The notes under the pieces are model-generated. The model ran no database searches. It had not been told where the DNA came from and worked only from the letters and a program-made list of their open reading frames with translations. From NCBI GenBank assembly GCA_027420455.1, contig DAIBJA010000078.1:69669-133668 (forward strand): DNA of 64,000 nucleotides. Direction: 5' to 3'. This DNA is from Clostridia bacterium (GTDB lineage: Bacteria; Bacillota; Sulfobacillia; JAJZYS01; JAJYTV01). Shown one piece after another: positions 1 to 8,720 of this stretch. Within the stretch, counting starts at the first letter, position 1. Every line of letters starts with the position of its first letter. The position numbers and the translations under genes were made by a program.

Positions 1-1532
1 CGATCGAGACGCACTATTTCGGCGAGAAGCTGCCTCTGACCGATGCCTACGACCTGATGATCGAAAAGGACTATTCGATCACCGTGCTTGAGGATGGCAT
101 GGAGAAGCGCAGGCCGTACCCGACCGGAGCTTACCCAACCTACCACCAGTTCAAGTACTGGTTCCACAAGCTCTACTCTGCGGACGAGCGCCTCCGGGGG
201 AGGCGCGGGCACCGGGACTATGTGCTGAATGAACGCCCGCTTGTCGGAAAGGCGAAGGCGTTCTGCGTGGGAGCTATCTTCGAAGTCGATGGCACCGAAT
301 TGCCGATCAACGTTGTCGACGACGAGACGCGGCTGCCGGCCGGCAGGCCACAGCTCTATGGGATCCTGGACCGATTCAGCACGTACGTTGTCGCGGCCCA
401 TGTGTTTCTCGGCCATGAGGGTTGGGAAGAGGTCATCGAAGCCCTCACGATCATGGTTGAGGAAAAGGTGGGCTACTGCGCACGTTTTGGTCTTGCGATC
501 ACTTCCGATCAGTGGCCGGCCCACGGTGTGATTCCAGAGAGCATCTATGCGGATAATGGTCCACTTAAGGCCATAAAGGCTGAGCCGCTGTTCGACGAAG
601 CGCTCCAAATCAAAGTTGACACGCTCGAAAGTGGCCGCGGTGACCGCAAGCCCTACATTGAAAGACTGTTCCGCTCCATTAAGGAAGGCCTAATTGCGAG
701 CCTTCCGGGTTACACAGACCGGTCGTATGGCGACGCGCCCAAGGCACTGAAGGATGCGGCCATGACAGTAAGTGAAGTGCAGCGCGAAGTGAACGACTGG
801 GTCATTTGGCATAACAACGAGAACTTAGTCTCCTCAGACTTGCTCGACCCGGAAGTGCTAGAGGAAATCGAGACACCTACGCCGCTGGCCGTCTGGAACT
901 GGGGGATGGAACACGGCGACAGCCTGCGACCGGCGCCGAGCAACTTCCGCACTCTCTTGCTCCCTCAAGAGGAAGTAACCATAAGACCGCGCCTGGGGCT
1001 GACATTCCGCAAGCTGCGCTACACATCCCCCACCGTGCTGGCTCTCTCCTTGGGGAACGTCCCAAAGCAGGAGCGCAAGCGGAGAATTGCCTATGACCCA
1101 GGGCGCGTGGACGTCATCTACCTGATCCAGCCAGATGGGAGTCGCGAGGAATGCCACCTGATCGGCGACGAGTTCGCTGGGCCGGAGTGGAGCTGGAAGA
1201 AGTACGAGAACTATCGCAAGGCCGAAAAGCAGAAGAGGCAAGAAGCGGAAGAGGCGTCCATTGCCGGGAGAGCGGAGTACCTCAAGCGGCGGCAGGAGCG
1301 TGTGGCCGCGGCCAAGGCACAAACCAAGGACCTGCGGCGCGGACTGCGTCCGGGAGAAATCACCGGCGGAGTCGAGGAACGCAAGGAGGCACAACGCGAC
1401 CGTGAGATCCAGCGCCGCAATGGAGTCCGGTCACCCCAGCCCAACAGCACCCAATCCGGCAAAGTGGTTCCTCTGCGGCAATCGAAGCCGACGCGGTACG
1501 ACTCTCTGTACGACGATCCTGAGAAGGGGTGA
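1..1532 (+). CDS. tnsB: Tn7-like transposase TnsB (DDE / RNase H-fold), 5' end truncated by the window edge
   Basis: The frame is open from nt 3 (IETHYFGEKLPLTDAYDL precedes the listed M at 57). DDE-type motifs are FEVDGTELPINVVDD, IYADNGPLK and YIERLFRSIKEGL. It overlaps the next gene (GTGA). Confidence 0.85.
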   Translation, partial: IETHYFGEKLPLTDAYDLMIEKDYSITVLEDGMEKRRPYPTGAYPTYHQFKYWFHKLYSADERLRGRRGHRDYVLNERPLVGKAKAFCVGAIFEVDGTELPINVVDDETRLPAGRPQLYGILDRFSTYVVAAHVFLGHEGWEEVIEALTIMVEEKVGYCARFGLAITSDQWPAHGVIPESIYADNGPLKAIKAEPLFDEALQIKVDTLESGRGDRKPYIERLFRSIKEGLIASLPGYTDRSYGDAPKALKDAAMTVSEVQREVNDWVIWHNNENLVSSDLLDPEVLEEIETPTPLAVWNWGMEHGDSLRPAPSNFRTLLLPQEEVTIRPRLGLTFRKLRYTSPTVLALSLGNVPKQERKRRIAYDPGRVDVIYLIQPDGSREECHLIGDEFAGPEWSWKKYENYRKAEKQKRQEAEEASIAGRAEYLKRRQERVAAAKAQTKDLRRGLRPGEITGGVEERKEAQRDREIQRRNGVRSPQPNSTQSGKVVPLRQSKPTRYDSLYDDPEKG

Positions 1533-3070
1533 GAAGCGTGCCCGACTACCCTCCAGCTGTCTACACCCCGCGCAAGGTCACCTATTACCAGGACAACCCG
1601 TTCATCGAGGCGCTGCCGCAGCCGAGGTCCATCGACGAGACCTTTGACGCCGTGAAGTGCTTTCCCGTCCCACGGCCGGATTGGCGGGAGTGCGACGCCA
1701 AGACACGCAGGGACGAGCTTGGCATTATGATCCGAAGCTTCTACTTCCCTACGCCGGACGCGATGGCAATGTGGGCCAAGGCTGAGAGCGCGCTGCACGA
1801 AGGTTATGTTGCACGGTGCCCTCAGCAGTGGCGCAAGGCGACGCTCACACCCAATGGCTTCAACCTGTTCGGTCCTCCTGGCCTCGGGAAGAGTTTAGGC
1901 GTGGAGCGCCTGCGGACACTGTACGGAACGCAGCCGATCGCCCATAACGAGTACAAGGGCCAGCGGTTTTCCATACTCCAGCTGCCCGTTCTGCTAGTCG
2001 AGTGCCCGCCGGACGGATCGGCCAAGGCCCTGCTTGTCGCCATTCTGGACCGGCTAGATGAGGAGCTGGGGACGTCGTACCGTCAGGACTATGCAAAGCC
2101 TCACACGACACGCGACGTGCTGTCGCTCGACGTGGTGAAAGTGCTCAAGCTGCACGTAGGCCTCTTGGTCATCGATGAAATCAACAACCTGCGTGATGGC
2201 GAGTGGTCAAGGGAGATCAACAACTTTCTCAAAATGATCCGCAACCAGTCCAAGGTCCCGGTGATTGTGGTTGGCACCCCACGTGCAAAACATCTGCTCA
2301 CGTCGACTTTGAGCGATGGTCGTCGTGGGCATGGCCAGGGGGAGAGCAACTGGAGACTGGTTCCCTGGGGCAAGGTTTGGGATAGATTCACTTCACGGCT
2401 CTGCGACATTCAGATGCTGCCTACGCCCGTCCAGTGGTCAGAAGATTTCGCCCAAGTCATGTACGAGTGCACAGCGGGGTTCCCGGAGTTGGCGACTCAG
2501 CTGCACCTTTGGGTGCAAGACCGCGCTCTTGCCGAGGGCTGGGAGACGTTTACGCCAGATCACATTCGCACGGTGCTTAAGGAGGACTTCCCCACAGCAG
2601 CGCAGATCGTAGGGAAGATCCTTTCCGGCAACAAGACAATCCTTGCTGAGTTGGAGGATCTCGGGCTGCCCGACCCAGAGGATCGTTACCTGCGCGTGGC
2701 GATCAACCTCCGAGGTTCGGTAGAGACTGGGGACTCGCAGGCAGACAGGGCAACGGTGGCGGACGAGACCCTTGCCTGGCTGCTGGATGCGGCCTACGAC
2801 GAGTCGTCTGCCATGGAGGCCATCACCCTGGCCGTCGACGAATTGGGAGAAGGCGCAACGGACGTGAGCGCCCTCAAACGCAAGGCTTACGAGATACTGA
2901 CCCGCAAGCCCCGGCGCCGGCCGAAGCCCAAGAGCGCTCCTTCGCCTGCGATGGAGCCTCTGCCGCCGCTCTACGTCGTGCGGTCCGAAGACGATGCCTA
3001 CGAGGTTCTACGCTCACAAGGTCTCGTGCGGAGCGTCGCGGACATCTTGGACGAGGTGAGTGCGGGGTGA
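1529..3070 (+). CDS. tnsC: TnsC/TniB-family AAA+ transposition ATPase
   Basis: Walker A FGPPGLGKS and Walker B LLVIDEINNL. It sits between tnsB and tniQ. GTG start overlaps the tnsB stop. Confidence 0.8.
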   Translation: MRSVPDYPPAVYTPRKVTYYQDNPFIEALPQPRSIDETFDAVKCFPVPRPDWRECDAKTRRDELGIMIRSFYFPTPDAMAMWAKAESALHEGYVARCPQQWRKATLTPNGFNLFGPPGLGKSLGVERLRTLYGTQPIAHNEYKGQRFSILQLPVLLVECPPDGSAKALLVAILDRLDEELGTSYRQDYAKPHTTRDVLSLDVVKVLKLHVGLLVIDEINNLRDGEWSREINNFLKMIRNQSKVPVIVVGTPRAKHLLTSTLSDGRRGHGQGESNWRLVPWGKVWDRFTSRLCDIQMLPTPVQWSEDFAQVMYECTAGFPELATQLHLWVQDRALAEGWETFTPDHIRTVLKEDFPTAAQIVGKILSGNKTILAELEDLGLPDPEDRYLRVAINLRGSVETGDSQADRATVADETLAWLLDAAYDESSAMEAITLAVDELGEGATDVSALKRKAYEILTRKPRRRPKPKSAPSPAMEPLPPLYVVRSEDDAYEVLRSQGLVRSVADILDEVSAG

Positions 3071-4662
3071 TCGCATACTGGACTGATCCGTACCCCGAAG
3101 AGCTGCTTTACTCCGCACTTGCCAGACTCGGGGATGCATTGAACTACGACAGCCCCTCCGCCCTCGCTCGCTTGGCCTTCGGTAGGCTGGCCTCCGCCAG
3201 CTACGATTTGCCGACCGACATCGACGCACTGATCGCTCGCTTGCCGCCACATCACAGCTACACGGCGAACCAGCTCATTCAGGAACACACCCTCTTGCCC
3301 TATTACACGCACTTCATGACCAAGAACAGAAGTGAGGCGGCAAGAGACGCCATGTGCAGCTCTTCGAGCCGCTTGACTAGACAGCAACTGATCAGAGTAA
3401 TTTCGGAGCCAGAATCGCTATGCTTCTGCCCGAAGTGCGTCGAAGAGCAGCGAGCTACTATCGGCGAGCCGTACTGGGTGCGAAGCCATCAGGTTCCGGG
3501 GAACTCCGTTTGCGCAACGCATGCATGTTTCTTGGAGCGTTCGACCGTGAGCCGACGCCGGAACTCCAATCCTCTGGCATACTCGTCCTTGGAACGGGCG
3601 CTGCGAGATCAAGACGTTGCCCCGCGAGACATTGACCCCAGTTCATCCAGTCACCATCTCCTGCTAATGCTGTCTGAGGACGTGTCATGGCTCATGTCCA
3701 ACCATGGACATGCTTCGCCGCAGGCACTTGTCGCCTTGTACCGACGCCGTCTGCAAGAACTCGGCTTGGTGTCTGTCGGCAGGAAGACCCACTACACGGA
3801 GGTCGCGGCCGCTTTCGACGCCTGGCTTCCCCAAGAAGCGCGTCTCTGGTTCCGCGATATGCATGCGTATTCGTCGACCGAGCTTTGGCTACGCCGAATG
3901 ATGCAGACTGGCGATTCAGCGCAAAACCCGATGTATCATCTAATCCTCCTCCGCTTCCTGGGATTCGAGGGGGTAGGGGCAATGTTCTCGGCGTCGGAGG
4001 CGCTGCCGACGCGGCAGCCGCCGGTGTCGCCGCTGGAACGCGGCTGCGAAACCGCCCCACTAGATGATCGTATCCCTCGGTGGCGAAGCGAGTGGGCGGA
4101 TCTTACGCTCAGTCATCCTGAAGCCTCGCGGACGCAGCTTCGGCGGCTGAGGCCGGCACTGTTCGCGCATCTGGCCCAAAGCGACCCAGTATGGCTAGAC
4201 AGACACCTCCCTCCCCGTCATCCCAGGCGCGCTGCGGGTATCGCGGGCCCCTACAAGGACTGGGGAACCCAGGATGCCAATCTGGCTCTAAAGGTGAAGG
4301 TCGCAGTCAAACGGCTGCTGAATTCCCCCGGTGCCCCCAAGCGCGTAACGGCTCGGGCGATAGAGCGACAGCTAGGGCACCAACTTCCGAGCGATCTGTC
4401 GCGGCTTCCGCGCACGGTAACGACGCTCAGGGAACTGACGGAATCCCGCGTACAATTCGCTCTCCGGCGCATCGAGTGGACCGCAAATCGACTTGCCCTG
4501 GAGGGAAAGGTTCTCTCACGATCTCAGTTCGTGCGCGCGGCGAACGTCCAGTACCTGCTCCATCTCAAGCCAATCGAAACAGCCGTAGATCGGACCCTCA
4601 ACGTATTGGCGGAGCGCAAGTCCGTCTGGCAGGACGTTGCCCCAAGTTCCGACTCGGCGTAG
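3067..4662 (+). CDS. tniQ: TnsD/TniQ-family target-selection protein (copy 1)
   Basis: TniQ-type N-terminus (YPEELLYSALARLGDAL). Cys/His zinc module CFCPKCVEEQ...VCATHACFL. 531 aa, TnsD-like length. The start overlaps the tnsC stop. Confidence 0.8.
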   Translation: MIAYWTDPYPEELLYSALARLGDALNYDSPSALARLAFGRLASASYDLPTDIDALIARLPPHHSYTANQLIQEHTLLPYYTHFMTKNRSEAARDAMCSSSSRLTRQQLIRVISEPESLCFCPKCVEEQRATIGEPYWVRSHQVPGNSVCATHACFLERSTVSRRRNSNPLAYSSLERALRDQDVAPRDIDPSSSSHHLLLMLSEDVSWLMSNHGHASPQALVALYRRRLQELGLVSVGRKTHYTEVAAAFDAWLPQEARLWFRDMHAYSSTELWLRRMMQTGDSAQNPMYHLILLRFLGFEGVGAMFSASEALPTRQPPVSPLERGCETAPLDDRIPRWRSEWADLTLSHPEASRTQLRRLRPALFAHLAQSDPVWLDRHLPPRHPRRAAGIAGPYKDWGTQDANLALKVKVAVKRLLNSPGAPKRVTARAIERQLGHQLPSDLSRLPRTVTTLRELTESRVQFALRRIEWTANRLALEGKVLSRSQFVRAANVQYLLHLKPIETAVDRTLNVLAERKSVWQDVAPSSDSA

Positions 4663-4849
4663 GAAACTCCCACTTGCCCCTGGATAGCCCGTCCTCATAA
4701 CGATGGTAGCCATCGGGCGCCACCTGTGCGCACAATTCACTTGCATTGACCGCATGCCGCGGACTGCCGTAGTCCGGTTGAAATGTGGGTCTTCGACAAA
4801 GACGGCTTCGGAGGGTATCTACAACGCTAATACCGGGCAAACTAAGCTC

Positions 4850-6358
4850 ATGTTGGGATACTTCACTGCCCCCTTTGCCGATGAACTGTTCTACTCCGTC
4901 ATCGCCCGTCTCGCCGATGAACTGCATCTGCGGGGGGTGCGTCCGATCTCGGAGAAGCTGTTCGGCGTTTACGTTCGACCAACGGTAGAGCTCCCCAGCC
5001 ACCTGAACTACTTCGTAGATCAGCTTCCGCCGCATCATACGTACACCGCAGGCATGTTCGTCGATAAGCACTCAATGTTTCCGTATTACGCGTGGCTGGT
5101 GGAGTCGCGTCAGCGCAAGATTGCCCGCGCTTTCATGCTCAAAGACGGCGGGGACCATACCCGGATGAGGCTGGGCATGGCGGCCCGAAGAACTGCAAGG
5201 CGAACTACACTTCGGTTCTGCCCCTCATGCATAGACCAAGATCGCCAACGCCATGGCATAGCGTACTGGCACCGGGCACACCAACTTCCCGGAGTCATCG
5301 TTTGTCCCCATCACCGAGATCCCCTCTACGAGGCCGAACGAGCAGTGACGCAGTCATACACCCCGCTTGAAGCTCTTGACATGTCAAAAGCTGGACGGGC
5401 GTTCCTCGGCGCAATCCCCCGGGTAGCGGCGGAAGTGGCGGGAGAAGCCTGGTGGGTCCTCTCTGGTGCCACAACAGGTCCTCTTGCCGAGAGTCTGAGC
5501 CAATCGATTGGGACTCTCCTTGTGGATGCCGGCTGGGCTTCAGCGAATGGCCGCGTCGCCGCCTCGCGGCTCGTACGATACTTCCGGAACTTCTACGGGG
5601 ACGAGTACCTGAAGCACACAGACTGCTCAGTTCACGAGGTTGACGACAACTGGCTTCTACGAATAGCACGAGGACACCCGAGAAGCCCGGATCCCCTGCA
5701 CTTTGTTCTGTTGGCCGTATTCCTGCAGACAACGCTGAAAAGCCTCGTGCAGTCCACCGGCGAAATGCGATCTACAAAGCCGGCGATTCGTACACCTGTA
5801 GTCCGTCGAGCGGTGCTTCAACTGGGCTCGGAGCGCCGCGCCGCGTGGCTCGAAGCGATGCGATCCCGGCCGGCCGTCGGGACCAAGGCTTTACGCCAAG
5901 AGTTTCCTGCTTTGTACGCTTGGCTCTACCGCAACGACCTGGAGTGGTTGAAAAGCCATCAACCGCCGATAAGAACGCGTTCGCCTAAGGCTCGCGTGGA
6001 TTGGACTGCCAGGGATAAGGAACTTGCCGAAAGTGTACTTGTGGCGGCAGAACAACTTCGAACCATCCAGCCCAGATCGCGCGTGACAAAGACGCTGATC
6101 GGTCGAACCATCGGACGTTTGTCGATTCTGGAGAAATGGGCGCCCAAACTACCTCGGACGGTAGCCGCTCTCGAAGCTGTCTGCGAAACTGTAGAAGAGT
6201 ACCGCCATCGCCGTATCCGCGAAACCGTCGTGCGTTTACAGCTTGACGGCAAACCGATGGCCTTCAGTACCTTCTACCGCCTTGCCGGCTTGCGTTCCAC
6301 TCCGACTTCGCTGGCCGAACAACAGTTGATCGCTGACTTGCTGAAGGCTGGCTGGTAA
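4850..6358 (+). CDS. tniQ: TnsD/TniQ-family target-selection protein (copy 2, paralogue)
   Basis: MLGYFTAPFADELFYSVIARLADEL aligns with the N-terminus of copy 1, so the ATG at 4850 is preferred over the track start at 4703. Zinc module FCPSCIDQD...VCPHHRDPL. Shared LPPHH(S/T)YTA motif. Confidence 0.75.
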   Translation: MLGYFTAPFADELFYSVIARLADELHLRGVRPISEKLFGVYVRPTVELPSHLNYFVDQLPPHHTYTAGMFVDKHSMFPYYAWLVESRQRKIARAFMLKDGGDHTRMRLGMAARRTARRTTLRFCPSCIDQDRQRHGIAYWHRAHQLPGVIVCPHHRDPLYEAERAVTQSYTPLEALDMSKAGRAFLGAIPRVAAEVAGEAWWVLSGATTGPLAESLSQSIGTLLVDAGWASANGRVAASRLVRYFRNFYGDEYLKHTDCSVHEVDDNWLLRIARGHPRSPDPLHFVLLAVFLQTTLKSLVQSTGEMRSTKPAIRTPVVRRAVLQLGSERRAAWLEAMRSRPAVGTKALRQEFPALYAWLYRNDLEWLKSHQPPIRTRSPKARVDWTARDKELAESVLVAAEQLRTIQPRSRVTKTLIGRTIGRLSILEKWAPKLPRTVAALEAVCETVEEYRHRRIRETVVRLQLDGKPMAFSTFYRLAGLRSTPTSLAEQQLIADLLKAGW

Positions 6359-6614
6359 AGGCCGGGGACACCTTGAAGGGTGCCGCATCAGGTTCTGCGG
6401 AAGCCCGCGTTAGATCGGGGTCTGACCCCTATCTCACCAGCGAACACTCGACGTGGCGCCGCCCATCGGCTGTCGAAGCCTCCATAATGATGCTTGTCCG
6501 GGCGACCGTCCGAGCCAGGCAGTGTCCCTCTAGCATCGCGATGCCGTCGAAAGGAGACGGCCAGCCGGGTTCGGATTCCGATGGATGATCAGGTAACTGC
6601 TTCGTACTGCGATC

Positions 6615-7664
6615 TCAAGGCGTGCCAGGTGTGGGTGGGCTCCCGCCCGGAGCAGGAATAGGGAACGGGAAAGGGATACCTGGAACTGGAGCTTGTCCAG
6701 GAATCGGGCCGAGGGGGATACGCATCACAACGCCCTGCGTTGTCCCCGCGCTGCGTATAAAGGCAACCCCTTGGTGGTTCTCAATAATCTTCACAGCTGC
6801 CGTATGGCTAAACACGTGGCTGGTCGCGTGATGCACACTCAAGACCAAGTCCTGCAAGGTTGAGTCGCTCTCCAAGTCAATGACGCGCAAGTGCTGACTG
6901 CGTGCCTGGGCACGGGAAACCTGCCTACTATGGGACTTGAAGTTCCCGTGATCAGCGAACCAGGTAGCGACATCACGCCCCAACTGGGTGCGGTTACGCC
7001 TTCGGCGAAACATATATGTCGCCAGCCATTGCCCCACCATATCTCGCGCAAGGGCCTGTTGGGTGACACACAGCTGCAGGAGGCCAGGATGATATCCGCG
7101 TAGAATCGGCATCCAAACAGGGAGCTTGGCAGGATCACGACATTCGGTTTGTGCCCGCTGGAACTCGTCGAGAAGTGCACGTGCAGGGACGTGAATCATA
7201 CCGTTGCCATTGGGGTTGGGCATTCCCAGTTGCGGATCGATAGGCCCAAGCTGAGAGTGTGCACCCATAACAATCTCATCGCATCCAAGCGCCAGCATCG
7301 TCGCTGCAGACATTGCGGCAACTGGAATGAAGACCCGAATTGGATTGAACCGCTGGCGGAGGTAGTTCAGCACAGACTCGGCCGCTTCCGCCATGCCTCC
7401 AGGGCTATGCAAAATGAGGTCCAGCGGGCCCTTAGGCAACCCTTTCACTGCCCCCATAAAGCCTTGAATGTCAGCGAGGGTAAGCATCACTGCTCCGCTA
7501 GGTGTCTCTGGCTTTTCGAGGTACGCCGTACTATACAAGATCACCGGATTCCCGGTATATTTGTACAACTGTGCGAGGTACTTCCGACGCACTCCATCAA
7601 AATCAGGCGTCCCATTAACTACGGTTTGCATAATCTCGTTTTCGATTTCACCCCACGTTGGCAT
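6615..7664 (-). CDS. SDH-family Clp-fold (S49-like) serine protease with Pro-rich C-terminal tail
   Basis: LILHSPGGMAEAAESVLNYLRQRF...IPVAAMSAATMLALGCDEIVMG is typical of the serine dehydrogenase proteinase / ClpP-fold family. RBS GAGGAGG lies upstream of the ATG. Confidence 0.7.
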   Translation of the reverse strand: MPTWGEIENEIMQTVVNGTPDFDGVRRKYLAQLYKYTGNPVILYSTAYLEKPETPSGAVMLTLADIQGFMGAVKGLPKGPLDLILHSPGGMAEAAESVLNYLRQRFNPIRVFIPVAAMSAATMLALGCDEIVMGAHSQLGPIDPQLGMPNPNGNGMIHVPARALLDEFQRAQTECRDPAKLPVWMPILRGYHPGLLQLCVTQQALARDMVGQWLATYMFRRRRNRTQLGRDVATWFADHGNFKSHSRQVSRAQARSQHLRVIDLESDSTLQDLVLSVHHATSHVFSHTAAVKIIENHQGVAFIRSAGTTQGVVMRIPLGPIPGQAPVPGIPFPFPIPAPGGSPPTPGTP

Positions 7665-7696
7665 GACGCCACCTCCTCAGCCCTCTTTACGAAGTG

Positions 7697-7728
7697 AGGT
7701 CCTCGGAGTGTCCACACCCCGAGGACCT
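7697..7728 (-). other. Perfect 10-bp-stem hairpin between the small ORF and the protease gene
   Basis: AGGTCCTCGG-N12-CCGAGGACCT with no following U-tract on the minus strand. It is intercistronic (7665-7735). Confidence 0.5.
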
Positions 7729-7735
7729 GGCGAAG

Positions 7736-7981
7736 CTACCTCGTTGAGGACGAATCCCAATAGAACGGCTCTGGAAGTGTGGACGCGTAAACTGTTGCCG
7801 CCATCTCGGTCAGTTGCAGCAGTTCACGCACACCAGGTTGAGTCGACGCTTGCTCAATCAGAGCTTGCAGTTCAGCATCTCTATCCTGAGCGCTCACCTC
7901 TTGCTTCGCGTCTTCTACGCCCCGGTTACTCACGTCCGCATCCTCCTCCTCGTTCATTCGGGGAGTTCTCCCCATGCACAT
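7736..7981 (-). CDS. Small acidic hypothetical protein (73-81 aa) upstream of the SDH protease
   Basis: ORF only; no family recognised. It is co-oriented with and 72 nt upstream of the protease. An internal start MNEEEDAD at 7957 has a GGGGAGA RBS. Confidence 0.4.
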   Translation of the reverse strand: MCMGRTPRMNEEEDADVSNRGVEDAKQEVSAQDRDAELQALIEQASTQPGVRELLQLTEMAATVYASTLPEPFYWDSSSTR

Positions 7982-8183
7982 GCAACTCCTTCCACGTTCT
8001 GTACTATTCAGAGCGACGCGATATAGTCCCTCGAATCGCGTAGTTCAATTCCGAAATAAGCACAACCCGACGCTGTCATTCAACACATGGACCGCTCGTA
8101 CCCGAGGACTTCTGCCCGAGCCTTTCCAGGGAGCTTTAGTTCGTCGCTGACGAGCGAGGGTAAGGACCTTGCGGGGATGCCCA

Positions 8184-8255
8184 GGGCGGATTTCTAAATC
8201 CCCAACCCGCATGAGAAAGGCGGGTTTTAGGGCGGATTTCAAATCCCCTCTCACA
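8184..8255. repeat. Two copies of a 19-20 nt palindromic repeat flanking a hairpin, ending in ...CACA (candidate L-end region of the transposon)
   Basis: 8184-8203 GGGCGGATTTCTAAATCCCC; 8204-8226 AACCCGC-N9-GCGGGTT; 8230-8248 GGGCGGATTTCAAATCCCC; then TCTCACA to 8255. Confidence 0.6.
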
Positions 8256-8261
8256 GGATTT

Positions 8262-8336
8262 TGTGGAGTGACAATAGGGTTTCGCGCTGATCAATAGAGA
8301 TTCGCGCTGGACAACAAAGTTTCGCACCGTGACCAC
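8262..8336 (+). mobile_element. Tn7-type terminal sequence plus three tandem 20-bp repeats (candidate TnsB-binding array; orphan R-end-like, interior to the right)
   Basis: TGTGGAGTGACAATAGGG carries the TGT-N5-GACAA signature. Cores TTCGCGCTGATCAATA (8281), TTCGCGCTGGACAACA (8301) and TTCGCACCGTGACCAC (8321) recur with a 20-bp period. Confidence 0.5.
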
Positions 8337-8339
8337 CGC

Positions 8340-8703
8340 GCTGGGTCCCGGTGCGAAACTTGTCCATGGAACCGATGCTTCATGCGGCGGACCGCAGGAC
8401 GCCTCGCTGGTCGAGCGTGATGAGTCGCATCGGGCCGGAGAGGAGATGCGCCTGCTGGCGGATCGCATCTTTGTCTGCCCTGCTTGCGACCACACAGAGG
8501 ACCGCGACCTGCACGCCTCGCGCAACATCCTGCGCGAAGGTCTGAGGATCATCCAAACTACCGAGGGTCCCTCGGAAAGTGACGCCTGTGGACAGGCGGC
8601 CTCCACGAAGCGTTCGCGCTTTGCGCACCGTCTGGTCGAAGCAGGAAGGGCGCAAGCCCACGGTAAGACACCGAAAGAAAGTGGCGGTCGTGAATACGTC
8701 TGA
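8340..8703 (+). pseudogene. tnpB: IS200/IS605-family TnpB, C-terminal fragment only
   Basis: RLLADRIFVCPACDHTEDRDLHASRNILREG matches the TnpB zinc-finger/RuvC-III tail (C..C....DRD.NAA.NI). About 300 aa of N-terminal sequence are missing. The ORF tail EAGRAQAHGK resembles the translated omega-RNA region typical of these loci. Confidence 0.65.
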
Positions 8704-8720
8704 CTACGTTTCCAGTGACA
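8500..8720 (+). ncRNA. Possible omega-RNA (reRNA) scaffold remnant overlapping the tnpB 3' end
   Basis: Position relative to the tnpB 3' end. Local hairpins are CCGAG-GGTCC-CTCGG (~8561) and GCCTGT-GG-ACAGGC (~8584). Boundaries are not determinable by eye. Confidence 0.3.

Larger units (their letters stand above)
1..8255 (+). mobile_element. Tn7-like transposon, distal part (tnsB-tnsC-tniQ-tniQ + cargo). The R end lies upstream of the window; the right-hand boundary is tentative.
   Basis: Colinear tnsB/tnsC/tniQ genes with 4-nt overlaps. G+C is visibly lower than downstream DNA. A repeat block ends ...CTCTCACA at 8255, immediately followed by a different, outward-facing Tn7-type terminus at 8262. 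Confidence 0.55.

Noticed and set aside
6486-6530. CTTGTCCGGGCGAC (reverse complement GTCGCCCGGACAAG), which resembles the CGGACAA of Tn7 termini and might have marked an L end directly after tniQ-2.
   Set aside because: There is no TGT/ACA terminus at the right distance, and the motif is not repeated. The compositional break and the repeat arrays occur about 1.7 kb further on.
8184-8248. Repeat-spacer-repeat arrangement (19-20 nt repeats, ~26 nt spacer) near the transposon end that superficially resembles a mini CRISPR array of the kind found in CASTs.
   Set aside because: There are only two repeats, and they are much shorter than known CRISPR repeats. The 'spacer' is itself a hairpin, and no cas gene (cas12k, Cascade) lies anywhere between tniQ-2 and the end. 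Terminal transposase-binding sites or regulator sites explain it better.
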